From contig OZ271854.1 of assembly GCA_965601925.1 (NCBI GenBank), positions 4,989,414 through 5,053,413 on the forward strand: DNA of 64,000 nucleotides. The letters are read 5' to 3'. Of the stretch, positions 54,666 to 63,286 are shown piece by piece. The notes beneath the pieces are model-generated. The model was not told where the DNA came from and ran no database searches. It saw nothing but the letters and a program-made list of their open reading frames with translations. This DNA is from Alkalispirochaeta sp. (GTDB lineage Bacteria; Spirochaetota; Spirochaetia; DSM-27196; Alkalispirochaetaceae). The position numbers and the translations under genes were made by a program. Position 1 is the stretch's first letter; each line of letters begins with the position of its first letter.

Positions 54666-56765
54666 ATGTCGGGAAGACGGACAGAGCAGAGGACGATCGA
54701 TTTTCGTTTCCAACCGGCGGTGCAACAGACGTGCATCGCCTTTGTCGACGATCCGTACAAGACGATCGTACGGGAAGACGGAAGCGTGAACTATCACTAC
54801 GTCGGCCGCAACAACGATCTGAGCGAGAAGCAACGCAACTACGCAAGCGACATCTCGTCGTACGCCGATTTTGTCGATGAGAACCACGACTTTCTCCACC
54901 GGTTGAAGCCGCGCTTCTCTCATCGCGACCGCCTCCTCACGCGTACTCAGGACTTCGGCGACCCCAGGGTCGCGATCGTGCGGACCGAAGAGCGTTACGA
55001 ACACTCGACGTTGGCGTGGGAGACATTCGCCTACCGCGACGTGGAGCGGGGAGTACGCGCCGACGTGATACTGTGGGAACTGAGTGCCGACGACGAGTTC
55101 GGCCGCGCGCCGTCGCGGGTCGAGCTGGCGCTCTTCGGACCGCGAGAGGGCGCTCCCGCGGTGGTGCAGTCCCAGGGTACGACCGCGTACTGGACCGCCG
55201 AGGCGCTGCAGCTCCGCGGTTTGCACCACTACGCATTTCTCTCTTCCGGCCAGAGGCGGCGCGGGGTTTTTGTCGTGGTGCTCGCCGGCACGCTCGACCC
55301 GGCGACCGTCACCGTCCCGTGGGCCGACTCACAACGCGAGGCGATACGGGAGTACTGGCTCAACCTGCACCCGTTTCGGAGCGCGTTCTCCATTCCCGAT
55401 CGTCAGATTCAGGAGATGGTAGAGTCGTGCGCGCGTAATATCCTCCAGGCAAGGGAGATCCACAACGGCATCGCCGAGTACCAGGTGGGACCGACGATCT
55501 ATCGCGGATTGTGGGCCGTCGACGGGTACTTCCTCCTGGAGGCGGCCCAGATCATGGGCGATCACGAGGCGGCGTTCGAGCAAGGGCTGTTGGCCATTCT
55601 GCGTCGTGTTCGTCCGGACGGCTCGTTGGATCTCATCCCGCGCCATTACAAGGAGACGGGAATCGCGATCGCTACGATCGTTCGGCAGTGTGAGCTTGCC
55701 GGTGACAACGAGCGGCTGCAGGAGCTGTGGCCGACGATCCTCCGCGCCGCAGACTATATTCGCACCTTGCGGGAGGAGGCGCGCGCACTGGGGCCGGGTT
55801 ATCCCGCGCACGAGCTCTTTCCGCCGGCGTTCGTCGACGGCGGCATCGACGGTCCCTTCCCGGACTATTCGACGCCGGCGTGGATCCTGATCGGCCTCAA
55901 AGCGGCCCGCGACGCCGGAACGCGGCTCGGCTTGGGGAGGGCCGACGAGCTCGCCGCGCTGTACGACGATATCTACGGCGCATTCGCTCGTGCAGCTGCG
56001 CGGGACCGGCGTGTTACCGATGCGGGCATCCCGTACATCCCGATGATCATGGAGCACCGGGAGTACGATAAGCCGCAGACCGCCACGTGGGCCTTCGCCC
56101 AGGCGATGCACCCCGGCGAGGTCTTCGGCCCGGACCACGAGTACGTGCGCGACCTGTTGCGCCTCCTGGACAGTATCGACGACAAACAAGGGATTCCGGC
56201 CGAGACCGGATGGATCCACGATCAAGGCGTGTGGGGATACTCGGCGATGTTTTACGCCGAGGTGTGGCTCTACGCGGGGCGCGCCGACAAGGCGATCGAC
56301 TATCTATATGCTTTTGCAAACCACGCCGCTCCCAGTCGCGTGTGGCGCGAGGAGCAGAGCCTGTCGTCCACCCACAGTGCGGAGTATTGCGGCGACATGC
56401 CCCACAACTGGGGGAGCGCGGAGTTTATCCGTTTGGTACGCAACGCCGTGGTGTTGGAACGGGGTGAACAGCTGGAACTCTTGGTAGGCCTACCGCCCGA
56501 GTGGTTGCCCGACGACGATCAAGCCCTGGAGATCGACTCAACACCGACGCGCTACGGGTCGATAAGCGTACGTCTCAGTGCTGAGGGTGCGGCGGCCGAA
56601 CGACGCTACCGCCTCGAGTATCGGCGGATACCGGGGGTGGTGGATCCTACGGCGGTCGTCGTGCACTGGAACGACGAAGCGCATACCGATCTGATTGCGC
56701 CGTCGGATATCGGAGCGGCCCGAACGATCGATCTGCCGTCCTACCGCGGCGGGCGTGGTTCATGA
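54666..56765 (+). CDS. Uncharacterised six-hairpin (alpha/alpha)6 glycosidase-like protein
   Basis: QVGPTIYRGLWAVDG, WPTI.RAA.YI, helical repeats, GDMPHNW.SAE, PT.YG C-terminal beta domain. GGAGGA RBS. Confidence 0.7.
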   Translation: MSGRRTEQRTIDFRFQPAVQQTCIAFVDDPYKTIVREDGSVNYHYVGRNNDLSEKQRNYASDISSYADFVDENHDFLHRLKPRFSHRDRLLTRTQDFGDPRVAIVRTEERYEHSTLAWETFAYRDVERGVRADVILWELSADDEFGRAPSRVELALFGPREGAPAVVQSQGTTAYWTAEALQLRGLHHYAFLSSGQRRRGVFVVVLAGTLDPATVTVPWADSQREAIREYWLNLHPFRSAFSIPDRQIQEMVESCARNILQAREIHNGIAEYQVGPTIYRGLWAVDGYFLLEAAQIMGDHEAAFEQGLLAILRRVRPDGSLDLIPRHYKETGIAIATIVRQCELAGDNERLQELWPTILRAADYIRTLREEARALGPGYPAHELFPPAFVDGGIDGPFPDYSTPAWILIGLKAARDAGTRLGLGRADELAALYDDIYGAFARAAARDRRVTDAGIPYIPMIMEHREYDKPQTATWAFAQAMHPGEVFGPDHEYVRDLLRLLDSIDDKQGIPAETGWIHDQGVWGYSAMFYAEVWLYAGRADKAIDYLYAFANHAAPSRVWREEQSLSSTHSAEYCGDMPHNWGSAEFIRLVRNAVVLERGEQLELLVGLPPEWLPDDDQALEIDSTPTRYGSISVRLSAEGAAAERRYRLEYRRIPGVVDPTAVVVHWNDEAHTDLIAPSDIGAARTIDLPSYRGGRGS

Positions 56766-56787
56766 TGAGGCTTAGGAGGGACAGCGC

Positions 56788-57363
56788 ATGCGTAAGACAC
56801 CAATGATTATCGAGGCGGCCGCCCCCGCCGTGGAGTTTGCAGGATCGCGATTGACGGGGACGCCGGTCGCCTCGACGGTGCGTCGGGCGGCCGATATGAG
56901 GGGTTTTTTCCGTGACGACGGCGCCCTGCAACGGGTGGCGCCCGAGACGCCGATCTATCGAGTAGACTCCCACACGCCGGTGCCGGCTGGTACGACGGGG
57001 GGACTCTTTTTCGGCGTAACACACATGTGGCCAGGCACGGTGGGCGACGAGTACTACATGACCAAGGGACACTTCCACGCCGTGCGCAATCGCGGCGAAT
57101 ACTACTGGGGCATAGCCGGGCGCGGCGTGCTGGTGCTTATGGACGGGGTCGGCACGACGCGCGCCGAGGCGGTCTATCCCGGATCGCTTCACTATATACC
57201 GGGCGAGACGGCGCATCGGTTGGTGAACGTCGGCGACTCCGCATTGGATGTAGGCGCATGTTGGCCCGCCGACGCCGGCCACGACTACGGGTCGATCGCC
57301 GAGGCGGGATTCGGCGTACGAGTAGTTCACGGAAAGGAAGGCGCGGAGTTGGTAAGGGCGTGA
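56788..57363 (+). CDS. Cupin-type (archaeal-like) glucose-6-phosphate isomerase
   Basis: PGTVGDEYYMTKGHFH..EYY.G..G.G, YIPG..AHR.VNVG, WPADAGHDY. Confidence 0.9.
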   Translation: MRKTPMIIEAAAPAVEFAGSRLTGTPVASTVRRAADMRGFFRDDGALQRVAPETPIYRVDSHTPVPAGTTGGLFFGVTHMWPGTVGDEYYMTKGHFHAVRNRGEYYWGIAGRGVLVLMDGVGTTRAEAVYPGSLHYIPGETAHRLVNVGDSALDVGACWPADAGHDYGSIAEAGFGVRVVHGKEGAELVRA

Positions 57364-58322
57364 GGGAGCGACGAGCCGTGCTCGCCGTCGACCTCGGCGG
57401 GAGTGCGATCAAGGTGGGCGTCGTGGAAGGACGGGCGGTTGCGGCGCTCAAAACGATACCGGCCCACTCCGAGCGCGGACTCGCCGCCGCGATCCCGCGC
57501 ATCGAGGCGGCCTGTGAGGCGTGTTTGGCCGACTCGGGTGTGACGTCCGATGAGTTGACCGGGTGTGGCGTCGCTTACGCCGGACCGGTCGACTGTGTCC
57601 GGCGTACCATCGTCGGGTCGAACGGTAAGTACGAGGACGGAGCCGAGGTCGACCTCGCCGCCTGGGTCGACGATCGGTGGGGAACGCGATTAGTACTGGA
57701 TAACGACGCGCGAATGGCGTGCGTCGGAGAGTGGAAGTTCGGCGCCGGGAGGGGAAGCGACGACCTCGTCACCGTGACTCTCGGCACGGGGATCGGGACC
57801 GGAGTCGTTATCGGCGGCCGAGTTCTGCGCGGCAAGCACTTTCGGGCCGGAAACCTGGGCGGCCACTTGCCCCTTGCGATAGATGGTGAGACGGTCTGCT
57901 CGTGCGGCAACCGCAACTGCGCCGAGGCGCTCGCTTCCACGTGGGCGCTCAGACGCGATCTCGCCGCCGAACCCTCGGTCGACGATACGCTGCGCGGCGA
58001 GGCGGTGGGATATCGCGAACTATTCGCAGCCGCCGACCGGGGCGACCGGCTTGCGGCGAAGTTGACCGAGCGGACGCTTCGGACGTGGTCCACCCTCGTC
58101 GTCGCGTTGATTCACGCATACGATCCCGACACCGTCGTCCTGACCGGGAACGTAATGCGCTCCGGCGGGCGTATCATCGACGCGGTCACACGGTACGTAG
58201 AACGCTACGCGTGGCTACCGTCGCACCGGGTCGCCGTCGAGAGCGGTCGGTACCCCGGCGTAGCGGCGCTCCTCGGAGCGGCATACATGACGACGATGGG
58301 GGAGAACGATGGGACGATCTGA
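57360..58322 (+). CDS. ROK-family sugar kinase
   Basis: AVDLGGS, DNDA, GE..FGAG, TLGTGIG, GH...CSCGNRNCAEALAS; no HTH. GTGA coupling. Confidence 0.93.
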   Translation: MRERRAVLAVDLGGSAIKVGVVEGRAVAALKTIPAHSERGLAAAIPRIEAACEACLADSGVTSDELTGCGVAYAGPVDCVRRTIVGSNGKYEDGAEVDLAAWVDDRWGTRLVLDNDARMACVGEWKFGAGRGSDDLVTVTLGTGIGTGVVIGGRVLRGKHFRAGNLGGHLPLAIDGETVCSCGNRNCAEALASTWALRRDLAAEPSVDDTLRGEAVGYRELFAAADRGDRLAAKLTERTLRTWSTLVVALIHAYDPDTVVLTGNVMRSGGRIIDAVTRYVERYAWLPSHRVAVESGRYPGVAALLGAAYMTTMGENDGTI

Positions 58323-60084
58323 CTATCTACACGGGGACACGTGCACCTTCGATCGCCTTCCCTCGGTGCGCGTATCGGACGCGAACCCCGTGATCGACTG
58401 GCCTGCGATCATCGAGGAAGTCATCCGCGCCGGGCGTGAGAGGGCCTCGGGTGAGCCCCTTGTCGCGATCGAGACCTACCAGGGCGTCAATACCGATCGA
58501 ATCATCCACGAGCTGCGCTCCGGACCGCCCCCAGAGATCGATATCGTCGATACGCGGGACCTTATGAAGGACGAGGCGGAGATCTCGGCGATGGTTCGCC
58601 CAGACGTCACCGACGACCCCATCTTCGGGTACATGACGCGTCTCAATATGGAGGACTTCTTTCCGGAAGCCGCCGTGGGCGCCGTGCGCTCTCCGGTCAC
58701 ACGAGCGACGATCGTGGTGGGAAGCGGCGCTACCCTCGCGGCACCGGATGCGTCCGTCGTAGTCTACGCCGATATGCCGCGCTGGGAAATCCAACGGCGT
58801 CAGCGGGCCGCTCAGGTAGACAGCTTAGGACTTCGCAACCGGGACATCGGTCCCAAGCTCCTGTACAAGCAAAGCTTCTTCGTCGACTGGCGCGTCCTGG
58901 ATCGCCGTAAGCGGCGAGTGCTCCCCGGCTCCCATTTCTATCTGAACACCGTCGACGACGATCATCCGAAAATGGTTCCCACCGCGGCGATCCTCGGCGG
59001 TTTGCAGGCCACCGTCGCGCGCCCCTTCTCATTCAAGCCCTTTTTCGACCCCGGCGTCTGGGGCGGACATTGGATGGAGACGGTATGCGGCCTCGACGGG
59101 GATGAGCCCAACTACGCGTGGTGCTTCAACTGCGTTCCCGAGGAGAACAGCCTCCTCCTCCAGTTCGGCGGCGAGACGATCGAGATCCCGGCGATTAACC
59201 TCGTTTTTTTTCGAACCCGCGAGCTCCTGGGCGACCCGGTTCACGCCCGCTTCGGTGACGAGTTTCCGATCCGCTTCGACTTTCTGGACACGATGGGAGG
59301 ACAAAATCTGAGCCTGCAAGTCCATCCCCTTACCGAATACATCCAGGAACACTTCGGCATGCACTATACCCAGGACGAGAGTTACTACATCCTGGATGCC
59401 GGGCCCGACGCTGCGGTCTATCTGGGGTTGCGGGAATCGGTGAACCGGAACGCGATGCGTGCCGAGTTGGAGGCGGCACAACGCAACGAGGCGCAGTTTC
59501 CGGCGGGGCGATACGTGCAGACGTGGCCGGTGCGTAAACACGACCACTACCTGATTCCCGCCGGCACGCTCCACTGCTCCGGGGCGGAGTCCATGGTACT
59601 CGAAATCAGCGCCACCCCGTACATCTTCACCTTCAAGTTGTGGGACTGGGGGCGCGTCGATTTGGACGGCCGGCCGCGTCCGATCAACATCGAGCGCGGA
59701 TGGCCCAACATACAGTGGGACCGCACGACGCAGTGGACGGAACGAAATCTGGTCAATCGTGTCGAGGAGGTGGCCTCCGGAGCGGGCTGGCGAGAGGAAC
59801 GCACCGGACTTCACGAACGGGAGTTTATCGAGACGCGACGCCATTGGTTCTCGGTACCGGTGGAGCATGACACCGGCGGAGTGGAGCGCGGAAGCGTGCA
59901 CGTCCTCAATCTGGTGGAGGGACGCGAGGCGACGGTGGAGAGCCCGAGCGGCGCGTTCGAGCCCTTTGTCGTGCACTACGCCGAGACGTTCGTCGTCCCC
60001 GCCGCAGTGGGTAGATACCGCGTGCGACCCTCGGGTGAATCGGAGGGACGCACCATCGCGACGGTTCGCGCGTCGATGCGGTGA
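58309..60084 (+). CDS. Long-form class I mannose-6-phosphate isomerase-family protein with an extra N-terminal domain
   Basis: PGVWGG, FPIRFDFLD, NLSLQVHP, QDESYY, IPAGTLH, EISAT, WDWGR; about 235-aa N-terminal extension. Confidence 0.88.
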   Translation: MGRSDYLHGDTCTFDRLPSVRVSDANPVIDWPAIIEEVIRAGRERASGEPLVAIETYQGVNTDRIIHELRSGPPPEIDIVDTRDLMKDEAEISAMVRPDVTDDPIFGYMTRLNMEDFFPEAAVGAVRSPVTRATIVVGSGATLAAPDASVVVYADMPRWEIQRRQRAAQVDSLGLRNRDIGPKLLYKQSFFVDWRVLDRRKRRVLPGSHFYLNTVDDDHPKMVPTAAILGGLQATVARPFSFKPFFDPGVWGGHWMETVCGLDGDEPNYAWCFNCVPEENSLLLQFGGETIEIPAINLVFFRTRELLGDPVHARFGDEFPIRFDFLDTMGGQNLSLQVHPLTEYIQEHFGMHYTQDESYYILDAGPDAAVYLGLRESVNRNAMRAELEAAQRNEAQFPAGRYVQTWPVRKHDHYLIPAGTLHCSGAESMVLEISATPYIFTFKLWDWGRVDLDGRPRPINIERGWPNIQWDRTTQWTERNLVNRVEEVASGAGWREERTGLHEREFIETRRHWFSVPVEHDTGGVERGSVHVLNLVEGREATVESPSGAFEPFVVHYAETFVVPAAVGRYRVRPSGESEGRTIATVRASMR

Positions 60085-60144
60085 TGCGCAAAGGCGTGGT
60101 GAAGGTCGGAGCAGCGGCGGCGGATAGCCGCAGGAGTCGAGGAG

Positions 60145-60939
60145 ATGTTTAATCCGGGCATTGGCGTCCGATTCGATTCGGCGCGATTTGCTATCGAATA
60201 CGACGCGGGAGTGTTCGGGCCCGCCACGGAAGTTCGGACGCTGGATAGCATCAGGACCTCTCTATCGGACCCGACGGCGGCCGGACCGGACAAGCTCTAC
60301 GCGATCGCGATGGACGTGGGTCGCACCGAAGATCGGGAGCTCCTGATCTCGTCGATGCTCCTCCTCGGTGTCGTGGCGTACAACGCCGGCGCGATCGGAG
60401 CGGAGCCGGTACGCAGCCAGGGACACGTCCACGTTGTATCGCGCCACTCCGGGTGGAGTCCTCCGGAAGTATTCGAGATCTGGGCGGGACGCGCGATCGT
60501 CTTTATGCAGGAGTCGGCGGGAGACGACGCCGGGCGCTGTTACGCCGTTACCGCCGCCCCCGGCGAACTCATCATCGTGCCGCCGGGTTGGCCCCACATG
60601 GTGGTCAACGCCGACGTCGGGCGCCCCATGGTGTTCGGTGCGATATGCGACCGCGGTTACGAGGGATTCGACTACCGCGCGGTGCGCGCGCACCGCGGCC
60701 TGGCGTTCTATCCTGTGGTAGAGTCGAAGAAGATAACGTGGCGACGAAATGAATCCTATGCCTCGGCACGACTCATCGAGAAATCACCGGAGACGTACGC
60801 CGAACTCCTCGGCCCGCCCGTCGATACATCACACGGCCCAACACCGATGTACCGTCGAGTCGTTTCCGACCCAAAGCGGTTCGCCTTTGTTCCGTACCCC
60901 GGCGGAGCGGCTGAGTGCTGGAGGAGTTTTGTGCCGTAA
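60145..60939 (+). CDS. Second cupin-type glucose-6-phosphate isomerase-family protein
   Basis: LYAIAMDVG, EPVRSQGHVH, PPEVFEIW.G, VPPGWPH..VN, DY....HRGLAFY. Confidence 0.85.
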   Translation: MFNPGIGVRFDSARFAIEYDAGVFGPATEVRTLDSIRTSLSDPTAAGPDKLYAIAMDVGRTEDRELLISSMLLLGVVAYNAGAIGAEPVRSQGHVHVVSRHSGWSPPEVFEIWAGRAIVFMQESAGDDAGRCYAVTAAPGELIIVPPGWPHMVVNADVGRPMVFGAICDRGYEGFDYRAVRAHRGLAFYPVVESKKITWRRNESYASARLIEKSPETYAELLGPPVDTSHGPTPMYRRVVSDPKRFAFVPYPGGAAECWRSFVP

Positions 60940-61054
60940 CGGCGAGTCGGTCCCGCGTACTCGCGCGGTAGCCGGGCCCCCACGCCGTAGAGCTGAACCA
61001 AGAACACGGTTGACAGATTGGAGAATGGCGGCCCATCTGCGGCCGGGCCCGCGG

Positions 61055-61333
61055 TCACTCTCGCCGGAGAAATACGATGCTTTCCCCGTCCCCCGATTCG
61101 AAGAAGACCATATCAAACGCAGCGCAGAAATCGATCAGTGTCGCCCGCCAGTTGCTACCGAACTCCGGTGATACTACGAAGTACCGATCGCGCATGTCGC
61201 GATAGTCTCTGAGACACTTGCCGGTCTCCTCGACATCTCGAATAATACGCACCAACTCGTTTTCGAGATTATCGATTGATGATTGTCCACTTTGCAATTG
61301 CCGCTTCACGCGCTCGATTAGGCTCAATTTCAC
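61055..61333 (-). CDS. Small hypothetical coiled-coil protein or gene fragment
   Basis: 92-aa frame with heptad-like IDNLENELVRIIRDVEE; weak start context. Confidence 0.35.
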   Translation of the reverse strand: MKLSLIERVKRQLQSGQSSIDNLENELVRIIRDVEETGKCLRDYRDMRDRYFVVSPEFGSNWRATLIDFCAAFDMVFFESGDGESIVFLRRE

Positions 61334-61984
61334 CCTCGTAAGTGTCGATGTCGTAAAGTCTCGACTCCTCCTCTCACGATTGCAATAGCTCCACTACTCT
61401 ATCGACGGAGCGGAGGCACTCGATTCCTCGGGAGGGAAGGTACCCCCGCCCTTATCGGTACCGAGCCGTTACACCCGCGGCCTGCAGGGACCGAACATGC
61501 GTGCCCATGGCTAACTCTTCACCAGTTCCTCCCGTCACGGAGCGCTTGGTCGGTTTGTGATCTCCGGTTACTTGCGAGGCGTTGGTACGAAGAACGCTAC
61601 GTACGACTACGAACGCCGCTCGGCGCGACCAACTACTCTTCATATCGATCGTCTCACGAGTGCAGTGCGACCGGTCGGAGTTGAATACGGACGGATCGGT
61701 CGCACCATCACGATTTCCCGGTCCTTCCGAACCCGCGCGCCGCCACGCATGATCCCGTACGATACTCGCTCATTGACGCTCCTACTCCCGTGGAATTGTG
61801 AGTCCCGCTCTTGAAGGTTTTACTTCCAACAGGTAGTTATCAGAGTTTAAAAATACGCATCCGTAGTATAAAATCATATTATATACACGAATGTATGAAT
61901 CGATATTTGTCGATTGATGGAGTCTCGCTCGGCAACTCATTCCCAAGGAGTGATTTAGATCGAAATCACATCAGGACGATTATT

Positions 61985-62000
61985 TGGCACGATTATTGCT
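61985..62000 (+). promoter_or_regulatory. Sigma54 (RpoN) -24/-12 promoter
   Basis: TGGCAC-GATTA-TTGCT matches TGGCAC-N5-TTGCW exactly, 23 nt before ATG 62024, below an AT-rich region with inverted repeats. Confidence 0.85.
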
Positions 62001-62023
62001 TAACCACGTGGCAGGTAAGTATT

Positions 62024-63265
62024 ATGAATATTGACGCAATTAACGAACAAGCGCTGCGTACGTTGCTATCGAGTCGGCCCCATTGGGTTGGTATGGGCAT
62101 CGCGCGCGATGTCGTTCCGGGCATGCACCGGCGAATGATTCTGCATTCCGGTCCACCGGTGACATGGGATCGTATGTGCGGCCCTCAGCGCGGCGCGGTT
62201 ATCGGTGCATTGATGTATGAGGGGCTCGCCGCCACACCGGAAGAGGCGATAGAACGCGCGGCGTCCGGAGATATCACCTTCGACCCGTGCCACCACCACC
62301 AAACCGTGGGGCCGATGGCCGGGATCGTCTCCGCGTCGATGCCCGTGATCATAACACGCAACGAGGCCGCGGACATTACCGCCTACAACACATTGAACGA
62401 GGGCATCGGAAAAGTGCTGCGAATGGGAGCCTTCTCCGAGGACGTGCTGACGCGCTTACGGTGGATGGCCGAGGTGATGTATCCGGTTCTGGACCGTGCG
62501 ATCGGACAATTGGGCTCGGTCGATCTGAAGGCGATTATGGTACAAGCCCTCGGTATGGGAGACGAGTTGCACAACCGAAGCCGCGCCGCCTCCTACGTGC
62601 TCTTCTCGCGCATCGCGCCGGCGATCGTGGCGGCAAACGACGACACAACGGCAATCAACGACGTACTGCGGTTTATGGAAGAGAATGTCCACACCTTTCT
62701 CGGATTCGCCATGACCAGCGCCAAGGCGAGCTTGGACGCCATCGCGGGAGTGGAGGGGTGCACGATCGTCACGGCGATGGCGCGCAACGGCACCGACTTC
62801 GGTATTCGAGTGGCCGGTCTCGGCGATCGATGGTTTACCGCTCCCTCACCGGTGCCGGACGTACTGTTGTTTCCCGGATTCTCCAAGGACGATGCCAACC
62901 CCGATATCGGCGACAGCGCCATCCTAGAGACCGTCGGACTCGGCGGCTTCGTTATCGCCGGCGCCCCGGCGATCATCCAGTTTGTCGGCGGAACGGTCGG
63001 TGATGCCGTCCGACGAACCAAGGCGATGTACGACATCACGGTGGGAGAGAACGATGCGTATCAGATTCCGTTTCTCGACTTTCGCGGCTCGCCGACGGGG
63101 ATCGATATTCGCAAGGTGGTGGAGACCGGCGTAACACCCTTTATCGATACCGGCGTCGCGCACAGAGAGCCCGGCATCGGCCAGATCGGCGCCGGCCTCG
63201 TCGACGCGCCCTACGAGGTGTTCGAAGATGCGCTCGTCGCCTTCGCCGATCGATATGCATCCTGA
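62024..63265 (+). CDS. DUF1116 protein (YlbE/YahG; oxamate carbamoyltransferase subunit AllG-like)
   Basis: LHSGPP..W..MCGPQRGA, PCHHH..VGPMAG, NEGIGKVLRMGA, MGDELHNR, MARNGTDFGI, PDIGDSAI.ET.GLGG, TG.DI..V, GQIGAG. Confidence 0.9.
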   Translation: MNIDAINEQALRTLLSSRPHWVGMGIARDVVPGMHRRMILHSGPPVTWDRMCGPQRGAVIGALMYEGLAATPEEAIERAASGDITFDPCHHHQTVGPMAGIVSASMPVIITRNEAADITAYNTLNEGIGKVLRMGAFSEDVLTRLRWMAEVMYPVLDRAIGQLGSVDLKAIMVQALGMGDELHNRSRAASYVLFSRIAPAIVAANDDTTAINDVLRFMEENVHTFLGFAMTSAKASLDAIAGVEGCTIVTAMARNGTDFGIRVAGLGDRWFTAPSPVPDVLLFPGFSKDDANPDIGDSAILETVGLGGFVIAGAPAIIQFVGGTVGDAVRRTKAMYDITVGENDAYQIPFLDFRGSPTGIDIRKVVETGVTPFIDTGVAHREPGIGQIGAGLVDAPYEVFEDALVAFADRYAS

Positions 63266-63286
63266 CGGAGAAGAGGTTTTTACACT

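Noticed and set aside
61340..61810. Short ORFs or a pseudogene upstream of the sigma54 region
   Set aside because: Frames of 21-85 aa with no recognisable motif; I cannot distinguish them from intergenic sequence.
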